A stretch of 64,000 nucleotides of DNA from Paraphysomonas bandaiensis (taxonomy: Eukaryota; Protista; Chrysophyceae): contig CBFFRP010000371.1 of NCBI GenBank assembly GCA_965644295.1, positions 124,001 through 188,000 of the forward strand, read 5' to 3'. A model generated the notes under the pieces. That model was given only the letters and a program-made list of their open reading frames with translations. It did not search any database and had not been told where the DNA came from. Below, one piece after another: positions 1 to 12,895 of the stretch; positions within the stretch are counted from its first letter, which is position 1, and the number at the start of each line of letters is the position of its first letter. A program made the translations under genes and the position numbers.

Positions 1-436
1 GTAATGTAAAACATTAATATAATAATATGTTCCTTCATAACTGTGGTATTGATAATGATATAATTCAGAAATTCATATCTATATCTCCCCCTGTTACAAC
101 AGGTAACAGATACTTTACACTATACTTATAGTAATATATATATATATATAGTGGAGGAGTTGTTATGTACTAACTCACGTTTATTAGCTCGAAGATGTAA
201 TATGGGCTATAAGGTAGCTAAATATATATGGAATATACACTAGACTGAGTGATATGTCACAGGATGTATGTGATATTAAGACGACTTGTGCATTGAAGAT
301 ACTCAATCGGTGTAATGTTGATAATCCTATGGGGGTATCTGTTTCGAATGAACTTCATTCATCTGGCCGGGATCTCTACCCGCCAACTGGATACTCACAG
401 TGTGAGACTTATTAGTTCTGACTTCTCTACATTACG

Positions 437-1199
437 TTGGGGTTCATTAGGCTGGACTCATTGCTCTGCAGTTTACAAGCCGGATCTGTGACTGAAATAA
501 TCGGCGGATGTAACTCAGAAATATGCCAGGTAAGTCGGAACTTGATGTTTAAAGCTGTTTATAGTATTATGAAGCAGATTGGAACCTCGTTTGCTGTCAC
601 TTGTGCTGGAATTGGGCTTTCAGTGATGATAGTAGCGGTTGGGAAGGGGGCAGAGGTGGAGAAAAGGCTTCTAGCCACGGCCACACGTGATATCCTACAG
701 CAGGGGGAAGCAGAAAGGCGCGTATTTAATTAGACATACTGCGATGTATATGATAATCAATGCCAGGGCCCTTCGAAAAATATCTATTGAGCGCGTGCAC
801 TCGCCTTGGGATATTATATCCATATTGAGTTCTTCTGATTGTAGTGGAGCATTTGATGTCCTTGTCGTTGACGACGTGACATCGCTCTGGTCCCCACTTT
901 TATTCAGTCAAGCGGGATCAGTTGTCTCGTTAGAAGTCTTACTAGCACAAGTAGCTGGCGCTGTGCAGCAATTTTCCACAAATGGTTGCTCTGTCCTTCT
1001 TTTACATCCATGCCCTCAACTCCAACACAGTCGCGGTAGTCCTGGTCCAACACGCAAGATAGTCTCTCGAAACCTACCACTTTGGCACGTGTGGGCAGAT
1101 GTGGCGAGTATTTCCATCCTAGCGGAAAGAGAAGAGTGTACAGCTGATAATTCCGTCGATATATCTACTTCAGATGCATTTTCTTTTTCTGTTCTGTAA
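437..1199 (+). CDS. RecA/RAD51-paralogue-like protein (multi-exon, 5' end unresolved, Walker A degenerate)
   Basis: The ORFs give 'LGFIRLDSLL..LQAGSVTEIIG' (cf. TGxxxLDxLLxGxxxGxxTEIxG) and a Walker-B-like 'DVLVVDDV'. The GKT motif is absent. A probable intron starts at about 529 (gtaagt). Confidence 0.4.
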
Positions 1200-2353
1200 A
1201 AGTTACTGTCCTAACAGTACTATATGTATATATTTCAGGTTTAATTTGCAGCCGCTTGTGATAACGTTTGTTTTGTTATCTGTTTGAATTTTATATCGTG
1301 GTTGTATTATTCGTAGCAAGATTCTATTGCGCAGAATATTCGGTTTCCTGAGACACTTTCAAAGTTATCGCAGTTGCTATTGTCTCAGCAATCATTTGCT
1401 TTAGCTATTGTATAAATTTGGGAATATGATTTTAATTGCCGTTCTCGTTTACAGATGTCTTTCATTTTGAAACAATATCAACTCATATTGTTATCAGGGA
1501 ATACTTATTTCCTCCAACGCAGCAAGCCACAAGTATATATATATTACATTATCTGTATTGATTATTAACTGATTTAACCTTTGCAAGAAGATAAGGATAA
1601 AAGAGTACCAACTTTCAATAAGTACAGCAGCTTCGTACAAGGGATAAATACTATTAGCCGGAAATTTCCAACTCGAAAACGAGCTACTACTTACTAACAC
1701 AGACTTCCGATATCTTGCTTTAAGGGTATTGAATTAACACCAATATTGAATGAATAAGAATAGCGACAACAAGAAAACTTCAATGAAAGCTACAGCTAAT
1801 GTACAATGTACCCCGACTGCGAGATATTGAAATTCGTACATAAGTGTGATGATGAGTGTAAAAAAATTTCCCCGTGCTAATATGAGTGTTCTGTTGAACC
1901 CATTTCAGGTCGAACAAAAAACAAAATAGAGATAATATCTCTTAACAAAAGAAAGGAGAAGATATTTATGTTTAACTTCAAAGGACTAACGGTTACATAC
2001 TCTCTCTTCAATCTTTCTAATAATCCCTTGTCTAAATATCCTGCATAAGCACGATATTCTGGTTTGAAGTTCATATTATTATTCCCTAATCCAATTTACT
2101 GCTACGAAGTTTGATACATCGCATGTTATGGAAACTTAAGCAGTCATCTACTACAACACGTATTCCAACATATCAACCCAATTAACAAGAATTATTGATT
2201 TCATAATACAAATGATCACATAATGAAATAATATTAATCATATATATATTACACGTGACAAAACAGACACATAAAGCATCAATATAGTTTTCCATATGTT
2301 TGTAGAACTTAACAAACCGCATTCGGGGGAGCAGCAGCCTGACGGCTTGCTTG

Positions 2354-2916
2354 TCATGTCTTTACCATGCTGGCGAAATCTTGATATGACACCTTGCCGT
2401 CGTTGTCAGCATCGGCCGCAATCAGCATTGAATTTAGAAACTCATCACTACAATTTTCCCCAAGACTCGATAGCACGGCTTTCAAATCAGAAACTGATAT
2501 GAAGCCGGAGGATTTCGGGTCAAAAACTTTGAATGCTGCAGCAATGTCAGCATCTGACTCTGTCTTGGCAAGAGACATTGACATCATAGTCAAAAACTCT
2601 ATAAAATAGCATTAAGATATTATATTAATCCAGATAAAGTGAACTCACCAGGAAAATCTATGGTGCCATTCCCATCTGCATCTACTTCAGTAATCATATC
2701 TTCCAATTCTTTTTCAGATGGATCTTGTCCAAGTTGTCTCATCACTGTACCCAATTCTTTAGTACTTATTTCACCTACTCCAGCTTTATCTAAGATATAT
2801 ATATCCTTTTAATAATATAATTATATATTACTATAATAAAACACACCAAATAGAGTAAACGCCTCCTTATATTCCATAATTTGTTCCTCTGATAGAAATT
2901 TCCCATTATCTGACAT
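2354..2916 (-). CDS. Calmodulin-like four-EF-hand protein (3 exons)
   Basis: The spliced translation reads [70 protein letters not shown]...[13 protein letters not shown], with two GT-AG introns. Confidence 0.9.
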
Positions 2917-3561
2917 ATCTGATAAGGTTAACCAATAGATTGAATAGATTGAATAGATAATGAAGTAGTTATTAGTTGGATTTGATGTATTGATAGGTGA
3001 TTAACTGTCCTATTGAGCGATAGGCTACACTAGCATACATATACACACGAGTTTTATGTACACGAGACATGATTCTGGTCAGTATGATGGTGTATCGTCT
3101 ATGGTGTATTGTATCGTACAACTGTTCAAGAGTACAGATCTTATATACTGCTGTATACCATGCATGGTATACCCTACTACTGTATTCTGTATATAAAAAG
3201 ATATAGGAATTCCTATAGAAATACATACTATCCTACAGCATATATAGCAATAGTAATATGACAGAATACATAGAGTATACTCCTTATAATACATCCAAAA
3301 TATAACTTCAACACTTTTTTCTCTATCTGCTGCTGTTGAGTATAAATATCAATAACTTACCGTTGCTCTTTTCTCACAAAAAAAAAAACCAAGAAGAAGG
3401 CTAGAAATGACCAGTAAGTATATGTATATGTATGTACAGTATATATAGTCTCATATACATACATTCACATATGAAACACTCTCATTAATCAGATACTTAC
3501 ACTAAAAGGAACTCAACATATATATAAAACTCTAAAGAATACAAGGAACTTCAACAACAAT

Positions 3562-4276
3562 ATGGCTTGTGAGAATCTACCACCTCATATAGTTGCTAGA
3601 CTTCTAACAGAAATTCGTGATCTGGTATATGATTATCTTAACGGTTGTATTCTATTGGACTGATAGATTATTATAGGCTAGAAATCCTCCTGATGGAATA
3701 GAATATGTAGAGAATGATGATTGTGGGACGATAGGTGAGATACATGCTTATATTACAGGACCTGAAGAAACTCCATTTTATGGTGGGAAATTTCGTATGA
3801 AACTTGTATTATCTGAAGACTTTCCTGCTTCACCACCACGAGGATTCTTCTTAACAAAAATATATCATCCTAATATTGCAAATAATGGTACGTTAATTGA
3901 ATGTAATTTAATGTGATAATAATGATATATAGGTGATATATGTGTAAACACCTTGAAGAGAGATTGGACACCAGAAGTCACACTTAAACATGTCCTCCAA
4001 GTGATTCGATGTCTGCTTATTGTTCCGTTCCCTGAGTCATCTTTGAACGACGAAGCAGGAAAGTTGTTTATGGACAGCTATGATGAATTCGCCCGTCGTG
4101 CTCGTATCATGACACAAGTGCATGCGATCAGGGTAAGTCCTGTCGACAGCGAGGGATCGAAAAAGGTGTCTGCTGATGATTCATCTTCAACGCCCGCTGT
4201 ACGGGAAGAGGATCGACCAAATGGACAAAAAAGAAAGGCAAAGGATGCGAAAAAGAAGGCGATGAAACGGCTATAA
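3562..4276 (+). CDS. UBE2S: Ubiquitin-conjugating enzyme E2 S (3 exons)
   Basis: Contains [64 protein letters not shown], the catalytic Cys, and the basic KKKAMKRL tail typical of UBE2S. Confidence 0.9.
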
Positions 4277-4589
4277 ACCTTGTGATGTTTGTTCTCAGTG
4301 CTTTCGCAGTAATAGTCCGTTCAGGAAAAGACATCTGTCCTATTCATAGAATGATGTCGTTTTGTGACATTTGTAAGTACAACTACATTCCTGCTTTTCC
4401 TGGTTGCTGTGGTATGCTACACTTAATCATTTAGTAAGCAGAAAGAGTAATCTCTCGTTTTTCTCACGTATTGCCGTGTCAATTCTTTATGGAAACATTT
4501 CACTCATCGCATATTTTTATTACTATTAAAGTTCTTCCTCTCAACAACAACATTGGAAGTAAGCAGCGGTAGCTAGTGACTCCTAGGTA

Positions 4590-5075
4590 CCAAGTCGAGC
4601 TCTCGTGGTGACCTCTGCGCTGTCTAGAACACGCTGTGCAAAATCAGTTCTTTCACTTTTGTCGTGAGTGCTGTCGGATGTGAGCAAACTGGCATTCCTA
4701 AGCGTCTTTAGATCTTTCATCAAGATACCTGGGCGTAGACTTCCACCTTACAACCACTGATGTTGACTCCTTCACATGGTGCAAGACATACCTCCAATCC
4801 GCGAGCACGCACCTCTGCATTAAACAAGCCTCGAAAGTCGAAAGGATGTAAGTTAATGGTCATAGAGACACAGATCATCCCGGCGCTTCTCCACAAGGAG
4901 AGCAAAGACTCTTGTTGGCCCCTGTCTTGGTACAGGACTTTAGATTTCTCCTGTGCACTCTTCCGCCTAGGGCACGGCAATTATAGTTGCAATAATGAAA
5001 AATATCCCAACAATTATAATGGCATTACGTCCCAACAATTAAAACGGCATTACTATTAACGGTTAGCAGGCCCTG
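4590..5075 (-). mobile_element. Probable hAT transposon relic
   Basis: The minus strand begins CAGGGCCTG at 5075, like the other hAT ends in this window. The broken translation includes 'DFRGLFNAEV' and 'TDFAQRVLDS'. No second TIR was found. Confidence 0.35.
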
Positions 5076-5988
5076 GCGTATTTTCCCATGTTAGAGTGAT
5101 TTTCTTTCTGACTTGGTGAATACACTAAAACACATTATTATTATTTGTATTATTGTGCACTGATACAAGTATGACTAAATAACGAAATTGAATAGGTCCC
5201 ATCAATAATATTGCCCATCGAGTGCCATATACTTTTTACAAAGTATGGCAACGTTATCAATACCCACTGCAGTATGACTCTGGTCACTTTTGAGTTTCGA
5301 TATAATACTCTAGCAAAATTAGTGGACAACAATAAAATACATACTTATTGCATGATTATTTTGGAAATAACGTTTCCCGTACACATCCTTTACAATACAT
5401 TTCTGTTCGCTTTTGTCACACACCCGAAAGTATTGACTATTGGTCATTTTCACACAATAAAGGTCGTTAATAGCAGTGTATTGTAATCAAACTAGAAACG
5501 AGATAAAATCTTTTATTATATTTCTAACACAATTGTGTGTTGTCATGTAAAAAACACTGCTCAACTTCAGGATACTATACTTCAGTTTCACAGTTATAGC
5601 TATATTTCGTGGTATCTTTGACTACGTAGTACTGTTTTTCACATTATTGTATTTGACGTATTCTACAGTACTATCTTAGAGATCTTAGAGAAACATACGT
5701 ATTCCAACAGAGAGGAAGATATTAACTAATTTCTTTTAAACTGTGGCACACCAACTTCATATTAATTCATTTGTAGTGTGAAGTGTACTTGAAAGATAAT
5801 CAAAGTCTGTTTTCGCTATTGTTAATATCCAAACAATTTTCCTAAGACAAGGAAAACCACACATTTAAATACATTTCCATAACTTTCAAGAACTGCGACT
5901 TTGTTATTCAGAAGAACAAAGTCCAAATATAATTACGTTTTCGTATAAAAGTTGAACATCTACTGAGAAGGGGGTACTTCAACTGCAA

Positions 5989-8187
5989 TTATTTCTTATT
6001 GGTTGTGGTCCTTTTGTGCTTAGGTTTTGGTGTCTTTTTCGAAGAATGTTTACTTTTGGGACTGTGTTTGCTCTTTCCACTTCTTGAAGAAGCACGACGA
6101 GGAGGGCGCGTTGCATCAGAAGATGGCTCAGCATCTCGCAGTAAAGGAACTGGAGAATTCGACCGGGAATTAACGGGAGAAGGGGAGGCGGAACGTGAAG
6201 GTGGAGGAGACGCTGATGTATCACTGAAATCTTTATCTCTTAATGAGTCAGGTCGTCTTGTACGACCTGATGTTAGCGAAGTTTTGCGTCGAGACTGCGC
6301 ACCAATATCTGGATAATATTGAGCAAAGAAATAATAGATACACAAGTCATTACCTTCAGCAGACTGCTTGCGCCTGAGGTCATGCGAGGATGCAGGCCTC
6401 CTTGATGATGGTTTCGCCGTACCCATCTCTACATCTAACACGGTCACAGCCACGGTCTCGGGTTCAGGGTAGTGACCGCTTATACCGGCATGGTGAATAT
6501 TATTCGGATTGTTATACTTGGCTTCTTCGGTACGCCTGTATGATCGTACTATCAGAAACGCCGCGACAATCACCGCTAATAAAGAAAACGAAATCGTGAA
6601 GGCCAAAGCAGCATCACTCATGGTGGCACGCCCATCACTGCGGGCCACATATATCGTAGGTACTTGAGTGGGAGAAGTGGGTTCACTGGAAGGGAAAGAC
6701 GATGGACAAGAGCTAGGGGTCAGAGTAGGGGTGCCTATACGAATTAAATTACCATTAGGGTAAACCTGCACCTGGAGTGTATTACCTGAAGGAATGGTGG
6801 AAGGCGCAGAAGATGGAGATGATGTCACTCGCAAGTCCACGTTGAAATCTTCTATTGAATTCATAGTAATCACTCCTGAAGTTAAAGCCCCACTCACAGC
6901 ACTGGAATCTCCTCCCCTATCACTGTTACCCCACGTAACCACTTTACCATCAGCAGTAAGGGCTGCGAAAGCATCGTTAGTGGAAAAAATTTCCACAACA
7001 TCCAAAAGTTGGTCTGACACAAATGAAGAATCTCCTCCACCCTCCGTATCTCCCCAAGTCACTACACTTCCATCAGACTTTACAGCGGCAAAGGCAGCAG
7101 CGTTACTGTAGATTCTCTCAACTAAGGAAAGGCCCGAAACCGTCCCACAGTCCCCTCCAGCAAGTTCTGCACCCCAACAAACTACTCCCCCACTATCATT
7201 AACTGCAGCAAACGCAGAGTGCGTGGCATACAAATTAACAACTATCATACTTTCCAATGCCTCTGCTACTCCAGAGGAATCCCCTCCACTGCTTGGGTCA
7301 CCCCAGGTCATCACACGACCAGCAGTATTAAGTGCAGCAAAGGCTTTTAATGTGGACACTACAGTCTGAATGTATACCAGTTGTCCCGCAACTGCACTCG
7401 AGTCACCACCCCATTCTCCATAGCCCCATGAGGTTCCCTGACCACCATACTCCAGTTTCTCCACTGCAAGGAAGGAATAGTAGTTAGAGAAAACTGCAAG
7501 TATGTTGCTGAGTTGGCTAGCAACAGCGGAGGAATCGCCCCCCCATGCTGCAACACCCCAGGTCACTACAGACCCATCAGACTTCACAGCAGCAAAAGCA
7601 GATTCAGCACTATACACACCAACAACTCCGGACTGTAGCTGATCTGAAACTGCATACGAATCCCCACCGCGATCCACGTTACCCCATGTTACGACCCGTC
7701 CACCCTCAGTAAGTGCAGCAAATGAGTAGAAATTAGAGTAAATTTCATATACGTCATAGAGCTGTGAATCGACAGAGCTTGAATTCCCACCATTAATGGG
7801 CTCACCCCATGCAATGACGGTATTATTCGAGGTTAGTCCAGCAAATGCTGAATAGGTTGCTCTTATTTTGGTTAGAGGCAGACCGAACGTCACTGCACCA
7901 ATATCGGCGCCATTTTCATTACTACCCCATGCGACAACTGATCCATCTTCTTTAAGTGCACAGAACACAGTCAAAGTAGAGTATATACCAACAACACCAC
8001 TATTCAAATGACTGCTCACTTCACTTGAGTCCCCACCGAAGAATTGTTCTCCCCATGTAACCACACTCCCATCTGATTTAATTGCAGCAAACGCATATAT
8101 ATTGAAATCTGACTTTGCATATGCTATATAAGACTGTAGTGCGTATGTTATAACACACACCCATAAGTTAATCTGCCTGTTTAACAT
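5989..8187 (-). CDS. Type I membrane protein with RCC1-like (AFAALxxDGSVVTWG..GGDSS) repeats
   Basis: N-terminal hydrophobic signal, about 10 repeats of ~42 aa, a PT/S-rich stalk, one TM (ALAFTISFSLLAVIVAAFLIV) and a basic Ser/Arg-rich tail. Confidence 0.8.
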   Translation of the reverse strand: MLNRQINLWVCVITYALQSYIAYAKSDFNIYAFAAIKSDGSVVTWGEQFFGGDSSEVSSHLNSGVVGIYSTLTVFCALKEDGSVVAWGSNENGADIGAVTFGLPLTKIRATYSAFAGLTSNNTVIAWGEPINGGNSSSVDSQLYDVYEIYSNFYSFAALTEGGRVVTWGNVDRGGDSYAVSDQLQSGVVGVYSAESAFAAVKSDGSVVTWGVAAWGGDSSAVASQLSNILAVFSNYYSFLAVEKLEYGGQGTSWGYGEWGGDSSAVAGQLVYIQTVVSTLKAFAALNTAGRVMTWGDPSSGGDSSGVAEALESMIVVNLYATHSAFAAVNDSGGVVCWGAELAGGDCGTVSGLSLVERIYSNAAAFAAVKSDGSVVTWGDTEGGGDSSFVSDQLLDVVEIFSTNDAFAALTADGKVVTWGNSDRGGDSSAVSGALTSGVITMNSIEDFNVDLRVTSSPSSAPSTIPSGNTLQVQVYPNGNLIRIGTPTLTPSSCPSSFPSSEPTSPTQVPTIYVARSDGRATMSDAALAFTISFSLLAVIVAAFLIVRSYRRTEEAKYNNPNNIHHAGISGHYPEPETVAVTVLDVEMGTAKPSSRRPASSHDLRRKQSAEGNDLCIYYFFAQYYPDIGAQSRRKTSLTSGRTRRPDSLRDKDFSDTSASPPPSRSASPSPVNSRSNSPVPLLRDAEPSSDATRPPRRASSRSGKSKHSPKSKHSSKKTPKPKHKRTTTNKK

Positions 8188-8957
8188 CCTCACTAATAAA
8201 TCTAGAGGTTGAATAGCATATAACAGAGATAGTTATGGAATGAAAGGGATATGTGAATAGAGACTCAAGAGAGTGATAAGATTAGTGGAATGTCACTATA
8301 TATATATATGTCGATTATGTATATAAGGAGAGAATGTATCTGACTCTTCAACTGCTTGTATGTGATACTATCCATGAGCGATACGCCTTACCAACAACAG
8401 TAACTGTATCTGCCTGTATCTGACCGTATAGGTATGTATATATACAGTACACTCCAGCAGCTTTATATCGGGTTGTAATTGCACAATAATACATAAAAAA
8501 CATCGATTTATATATAAACTGATGATTTTAGGAAACTGAATGTTGGTTTTTTGACTTGTTTATATATATATATATGCATATATCAACTTTACAATCTTTT
8601 TCTAGTTCTGTACATTGCCACATACTGTCCGTATTTCTGTATCATCAAAACAATGATTTTATATTAATTTTAGGAAATATACATCCAAAATTCCTAAAAA
8701 CATAGAAATTTTTCCTAACAAAATTTTCCATAATATTGGTCAAAATTGACATCTTTATATAAGAAATTCTAGCAAATCAATTTCCAATTGATTGGATCAT
8801 ATCATTTATAAACGTTCTGAAAAGAATTAGTTGTCTGTGGCTGTTGATTGTGGAAATCTCGAAATAATTCATACACAAAGTGTTGTTTTTCATAGTATAG
8901 TTAGTAATATTACTATCTTAATTATTATCATATCAGTCGTGGTTGTACTGACTGATA

Positions 8958-10628
8958 ATGAAGATGATGGAAATAAGGGATGACAAAGAGACAACATCAA
9001 CTAATCTTCTTACTAAAGTTCAAGCTGCATCAGCTAATGCACGTGAAAGGGCCTCATATGATAAACCTAAAGTAAAATATCCCAGTGATGATAAATACTA
9101 TATATATATTATAACTGCAGTTGCAGCTATTAATAGTTGCAATCTTGGTTATGATCAATCTATAATTGCATCTGTTGGTCCTCTTTTACTTGATCAGACT
9201 CAGTTTAAAGTAAGTGAAGTGCAGCTTGAGGTGTTTATTGGTATCTTGGATTTCGCATCATTGCTCGGTGCAGCCACATCAAATATTGTCGCAGATAAAT
9301 ACGGAAGAAAAGGATGTTTGCGGTTTGCTGCTATTATATTTGCTGTCAGTGTTCTGGGTATGGCTATTTCTCAGGATTATGCCACTCTTCTCACTTTTCG
9401 TTTTTTGACTGGTATTGGTGTTGGTATCGGCCTGAGCATCGATCCAATGTATATTGGAGAGGTTGCACCAAGTGAAAAGAGAGGCAAGCTTATATCCTGT
9501 GCAGAATTGGCGATCAATATCGGAATATTACTGGGGTTTGCGTTTGGGGCAGCCCTCCACGGATTGGCAAAAGATTTAGGTTGGCGGATCATGCTCGCCC
9601 TCGGAGCCCTTATGCCAGTTATTCTACTTATTCTACTATTATACATGCCTGAGACACCTCGCTGGCTTGTACTCAATGGTCGGGAGGCCGAGGCTGAGCA
9701 AGTCCTTAAGGATGTCTACGACAACGGGGTAGATACTGCGGAAATGTTGGTCGGAATCAAAGAATCTATTGCGAGGGAGCAGGCGTTGAACGCCACTCAT
9801 GGAGGTTGGGAGGCCATATATCGCCCGACTCCCAGTATGCGTCGGTCATTGGTAGCTGGTTGTGGACAGGGTGTTCTTCAGCAGCTTTCGGGTATTGAAG
9901 TTATGATGAACTACTTCGTTTTTCTCTTTAGAAAAGCTGATATTCATGTGAATGCCTATATATACCTCGTGGTGTTTGGTTTTTTGAAACTCATTACTGT
10001 CGGAGCTGTTGCCCCATTGTTTGATTCTCCACATTTTGGTAGGAAAAAGATGCTTGTGATATCTGGTATTGGTGTGAGCATATCGATGTTTGTGTTCGCT
10101 GTCGTGTACTCTCCCACTTTCTCTGATGCTACCTGGAGAGGACCGATCCTTATAGCCACCATGTTTTTCTATGTGACTATATTTTCTGTTGGTTACGGCC
10201 CTGGGACATGGATTGTAATTGCAGAAGTGTTTCCTACTCACCTTCGTGCAAAGGGTGTGTCAGTGGCAACATTCTCCAATCGAGTTATGGCCACACTTGT
10301 ATCTGGTACTTTCCTTTCCTCCGCCCGTTACCTGTCATACTCGGGCGTGTTTGCTGTGCTTTTGTTATGTGGTATTGCCAGTATATTGTTTATCATATTT
10401 TTCATTCCAGAGACACAGGGTGTGTCTCTCGAAGACATGGCCCAAGCCTTCGGTGAGGCCAGTAACCATTCCTCGGCTGCTGCACAAAGTGTGTTGGAAG
10501 ATGGGGATGGGGATGGGGATGAGGAAAATAACAGCAATTCTACCCTACAGATTGAGGATTCGAAAGGCGATGATAAGAATATCACATCTCCACTGCACGG
10601 AAACTCTCAGGAAGGAGGCACCGCATAA
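8958..10628 (+). CDS. MFS sugar porter (polyol/inositol transporter-like)
   Basis: Motifs GYD, DKYGRK, E.AP..RG, PETPRWL, QQLSGI, GRK, EVFP...R and PETQG; 12-TM pattern; uninterrupted 556-aa ORF. Confidence 0.95.
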   Translation: MKMMEIRDDKETTSTNLLTKVQAASANARERASYDKPKVKYPSDDKYYIYIITAVAAINSCNLGYDQSIIASVGPLLLDQTQFKVSEVQLEVFIGILDFASLLGAATSNIVADKYGRKGCLRFAAIIFAVSVLGMAISQDYATLLTFRFLTGIGVGIGLSIDPMYIGEVAPSEKRGKLISCAELAINIGILLGFAFGAALHGLAKDLGWRIMLALGALMPVILLILLLYMPETPRWLVLNGREAEAEQVLKDVYDNGVDTAEMLVGIKESIAREQALNATHGGWEAIYRPTPSMRRSLVAGCGQGVLQQLSGIEVMMNYFVFLFRKADIHVNAYIYLVVFGFLKLITVGAVAPLFDSPHFGRKKMLVISGIGVSISMFVFAVVYSPTFSDATWRGPILIATMFFYVTIFSVGYGPGTWIVIAEVFPTHLRAKGVSVATFSNRVMATLVSGTFLSSARYLSYSGVFAVLLLCGIASILFIIFFIPETQGVSLEDMAQAFGEASNHSSAAAQSVLEDGDGDGDEENNSNSTLQIEDSKGDDKNITSPLHGNSQEGGTA

Positions 10629-11121
10629 GGAAGTTTACATAAACACGAAAAGTTTACGTATTGTGTTGTTTTGCAGAGCTACGCATTGTGTGTCGCTGCC
10701 AGTTTGAGTTAAAGAGGTTACGAGAATTTTGTAGTGGTCATATTAGTTCGCTGTGCTCTGTGTAGAGGAGCAGAAGTCATTAAATAAAACGACCGATCTT
10801 CGTAAAGTTAAATGTTTGGATGAACCTTTTTTCGATACGTACATCTTGATAACTAGTTTTAACATGGGGTATTAGTTACTAGAATACTGCTGTTAGTATA
10901 TTTTTTCTGCCATTAACAACTAAATGCAATGCTGTGGAGACGTTTATTGAAAGACAATTTGTTCTTTATCTCTCTGCGAGTGGCAGTGTTAGCTATAATT
11001 GCTCATCTAGATGGTCTACAATCTACAATCACAATGTATACTGTATACCGTGGCCGCGCATTGTGTTCCATACCTCAATTAAATATTGAATATAGAAATG
11101 TAGAGGTTATAATACTATTAA

Positions 11122-12322
11122 TTACTGGTAGAGTCTAATAAGTTCATCTGACACCGCAGCAGGAGTTAGCACACCGAGATCTGTGAATAGTAGAGTAATA
11201 TACTCAGCAGGGGTAAAGTCAATCACCGGCACATGAGCAGTTATAGGCGCACTCTGTTCCCCAACTGTAAAATCAAAGCATGTAGCTTTGGATCCAGTAT
11301 CACTCAGATCAGTAGCATCTTTCTGGGAAAGCGGGTACATACGGGAGAATTTGTATGACTCGACGGCGACATAGAATGGTTTCTTCATAGTTTTGGCTAT
11401 CATGGCTACTTGGAAAGTACCCGCCTGTAGACATAGTCGCTCACTGAAAATATATATACACAGAAGATATAATTCCAAAAACAAACAGTACTAACTTTAT
11501 TCACAATGCCTCCGTTTTCCATTACCCCCTCCGCGCCCACTATACATAGATCTGTCCCCTCCATGGCAATTCCTACAGCACAGTCGGCCACAAGAGATGT
11601 GGGGATTCCAGCAGCTGAATAAACTGCTGCTGCCTGATGCCTAAAAATATTGTATAAGACAAACATATCTCATAACTTTTACGTCAGAGCACTAGATTCC
11701 CTATTTTTGGTATGAACGTACCCATCCCCATTAGATCCAGCCTCGGTGACAATAATATTGAACTGAGTTTTTTCTGCTGCCTTAAGAAGTAGAGCCATCA
11801 CCACCCTTGAGTTGCCATGTGTCAACACAGTGTAGCCGTCTTGTATGAAAGAATGTCCTATATGGGAAATAGATGCACGACTGGATTCGGACATTCCTAA
11901 GTAATATTTTCAGTAATATTTCAAGGAAAATCAAAGTTTGTCGATACCTGCGAAACTCTCCCCCCTCCGAATGAGTTCATTTTTACACACCTCAAATTCC
12001 TGTTCACATGTTAACACTTAACGATGTTGTAATATTGTCAACATACAGTATACTCTAGAAAAGATCGAGTCACATATTTCATAAACAAGTCACAGCCAGA
12101 TCCCAGCGATATCTTCGTCTTTCCCATTAAATCCTCAGAACTACATTCTTTCAATTCTGATATAGCTGATCTAAGTTCTTGTTCCAGTTGCATCCATGTA
12201 GTTCCTTTACTTTTTTTAATAACTGACACTAATGTCTTCATTGCACATACAGGTACAGCTACATCTCGTTGTAAGAGATCTTTAAACTCAGATAAACAAT
12301 CGTTATGATCTAATTCAGTCAT
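11122..12322 (-). CDS. EIF2B1: Translation initiation factor eIF2B subunit alpha (5 exons)
   Basis: Contains [61 protein letters not shown] and [21 protein letters not shown], with canonical introns. Confidence 0.92.
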
Positions 12323-12895
12323 ATCTTTTTAAAAGAAATTATTAAAGTAATTGTTAATCAATTGCTTTGTTAATGTGTCTTAAGAACCATATGCATGTCA
12401 TATGACCTTAATTATAAGTACTGGAGTATTGAGTATTGGGATTAAAAAAATTTCGGTAAATATGTAAAAAATTCCTATATATGTAATTCTCTATATAATA
12501 TATGTAAAATAATTGCGTAATTTTTTTATTTGTAATTTTGTCTCTACTATATGAACTAAATATATGATCCATCCAAATAGCTTTACTGAAATATCACGTC
12601 TCTTCAAGATGCGATCTGATTGTCATATATTGCGACATGGATGTGAAGTGGATGTTATTGAATATATAGTGACTTCTCCATCCTATTCAATACATACAGA
12701 CATATCCATACCACTTGTACTTGTAGTATAGTATCATCTATACATACCACACTTATCTATATATATATACATACAATTCAAGAGGTCTTATATATCTTAC
12801 TAGTGTGAATTTATAGGAGGATTATATATAATTATTTATCACTTTCTAAGATATTTTGAATACACCTCATTCAATTCTTTACATAATTTCATATT

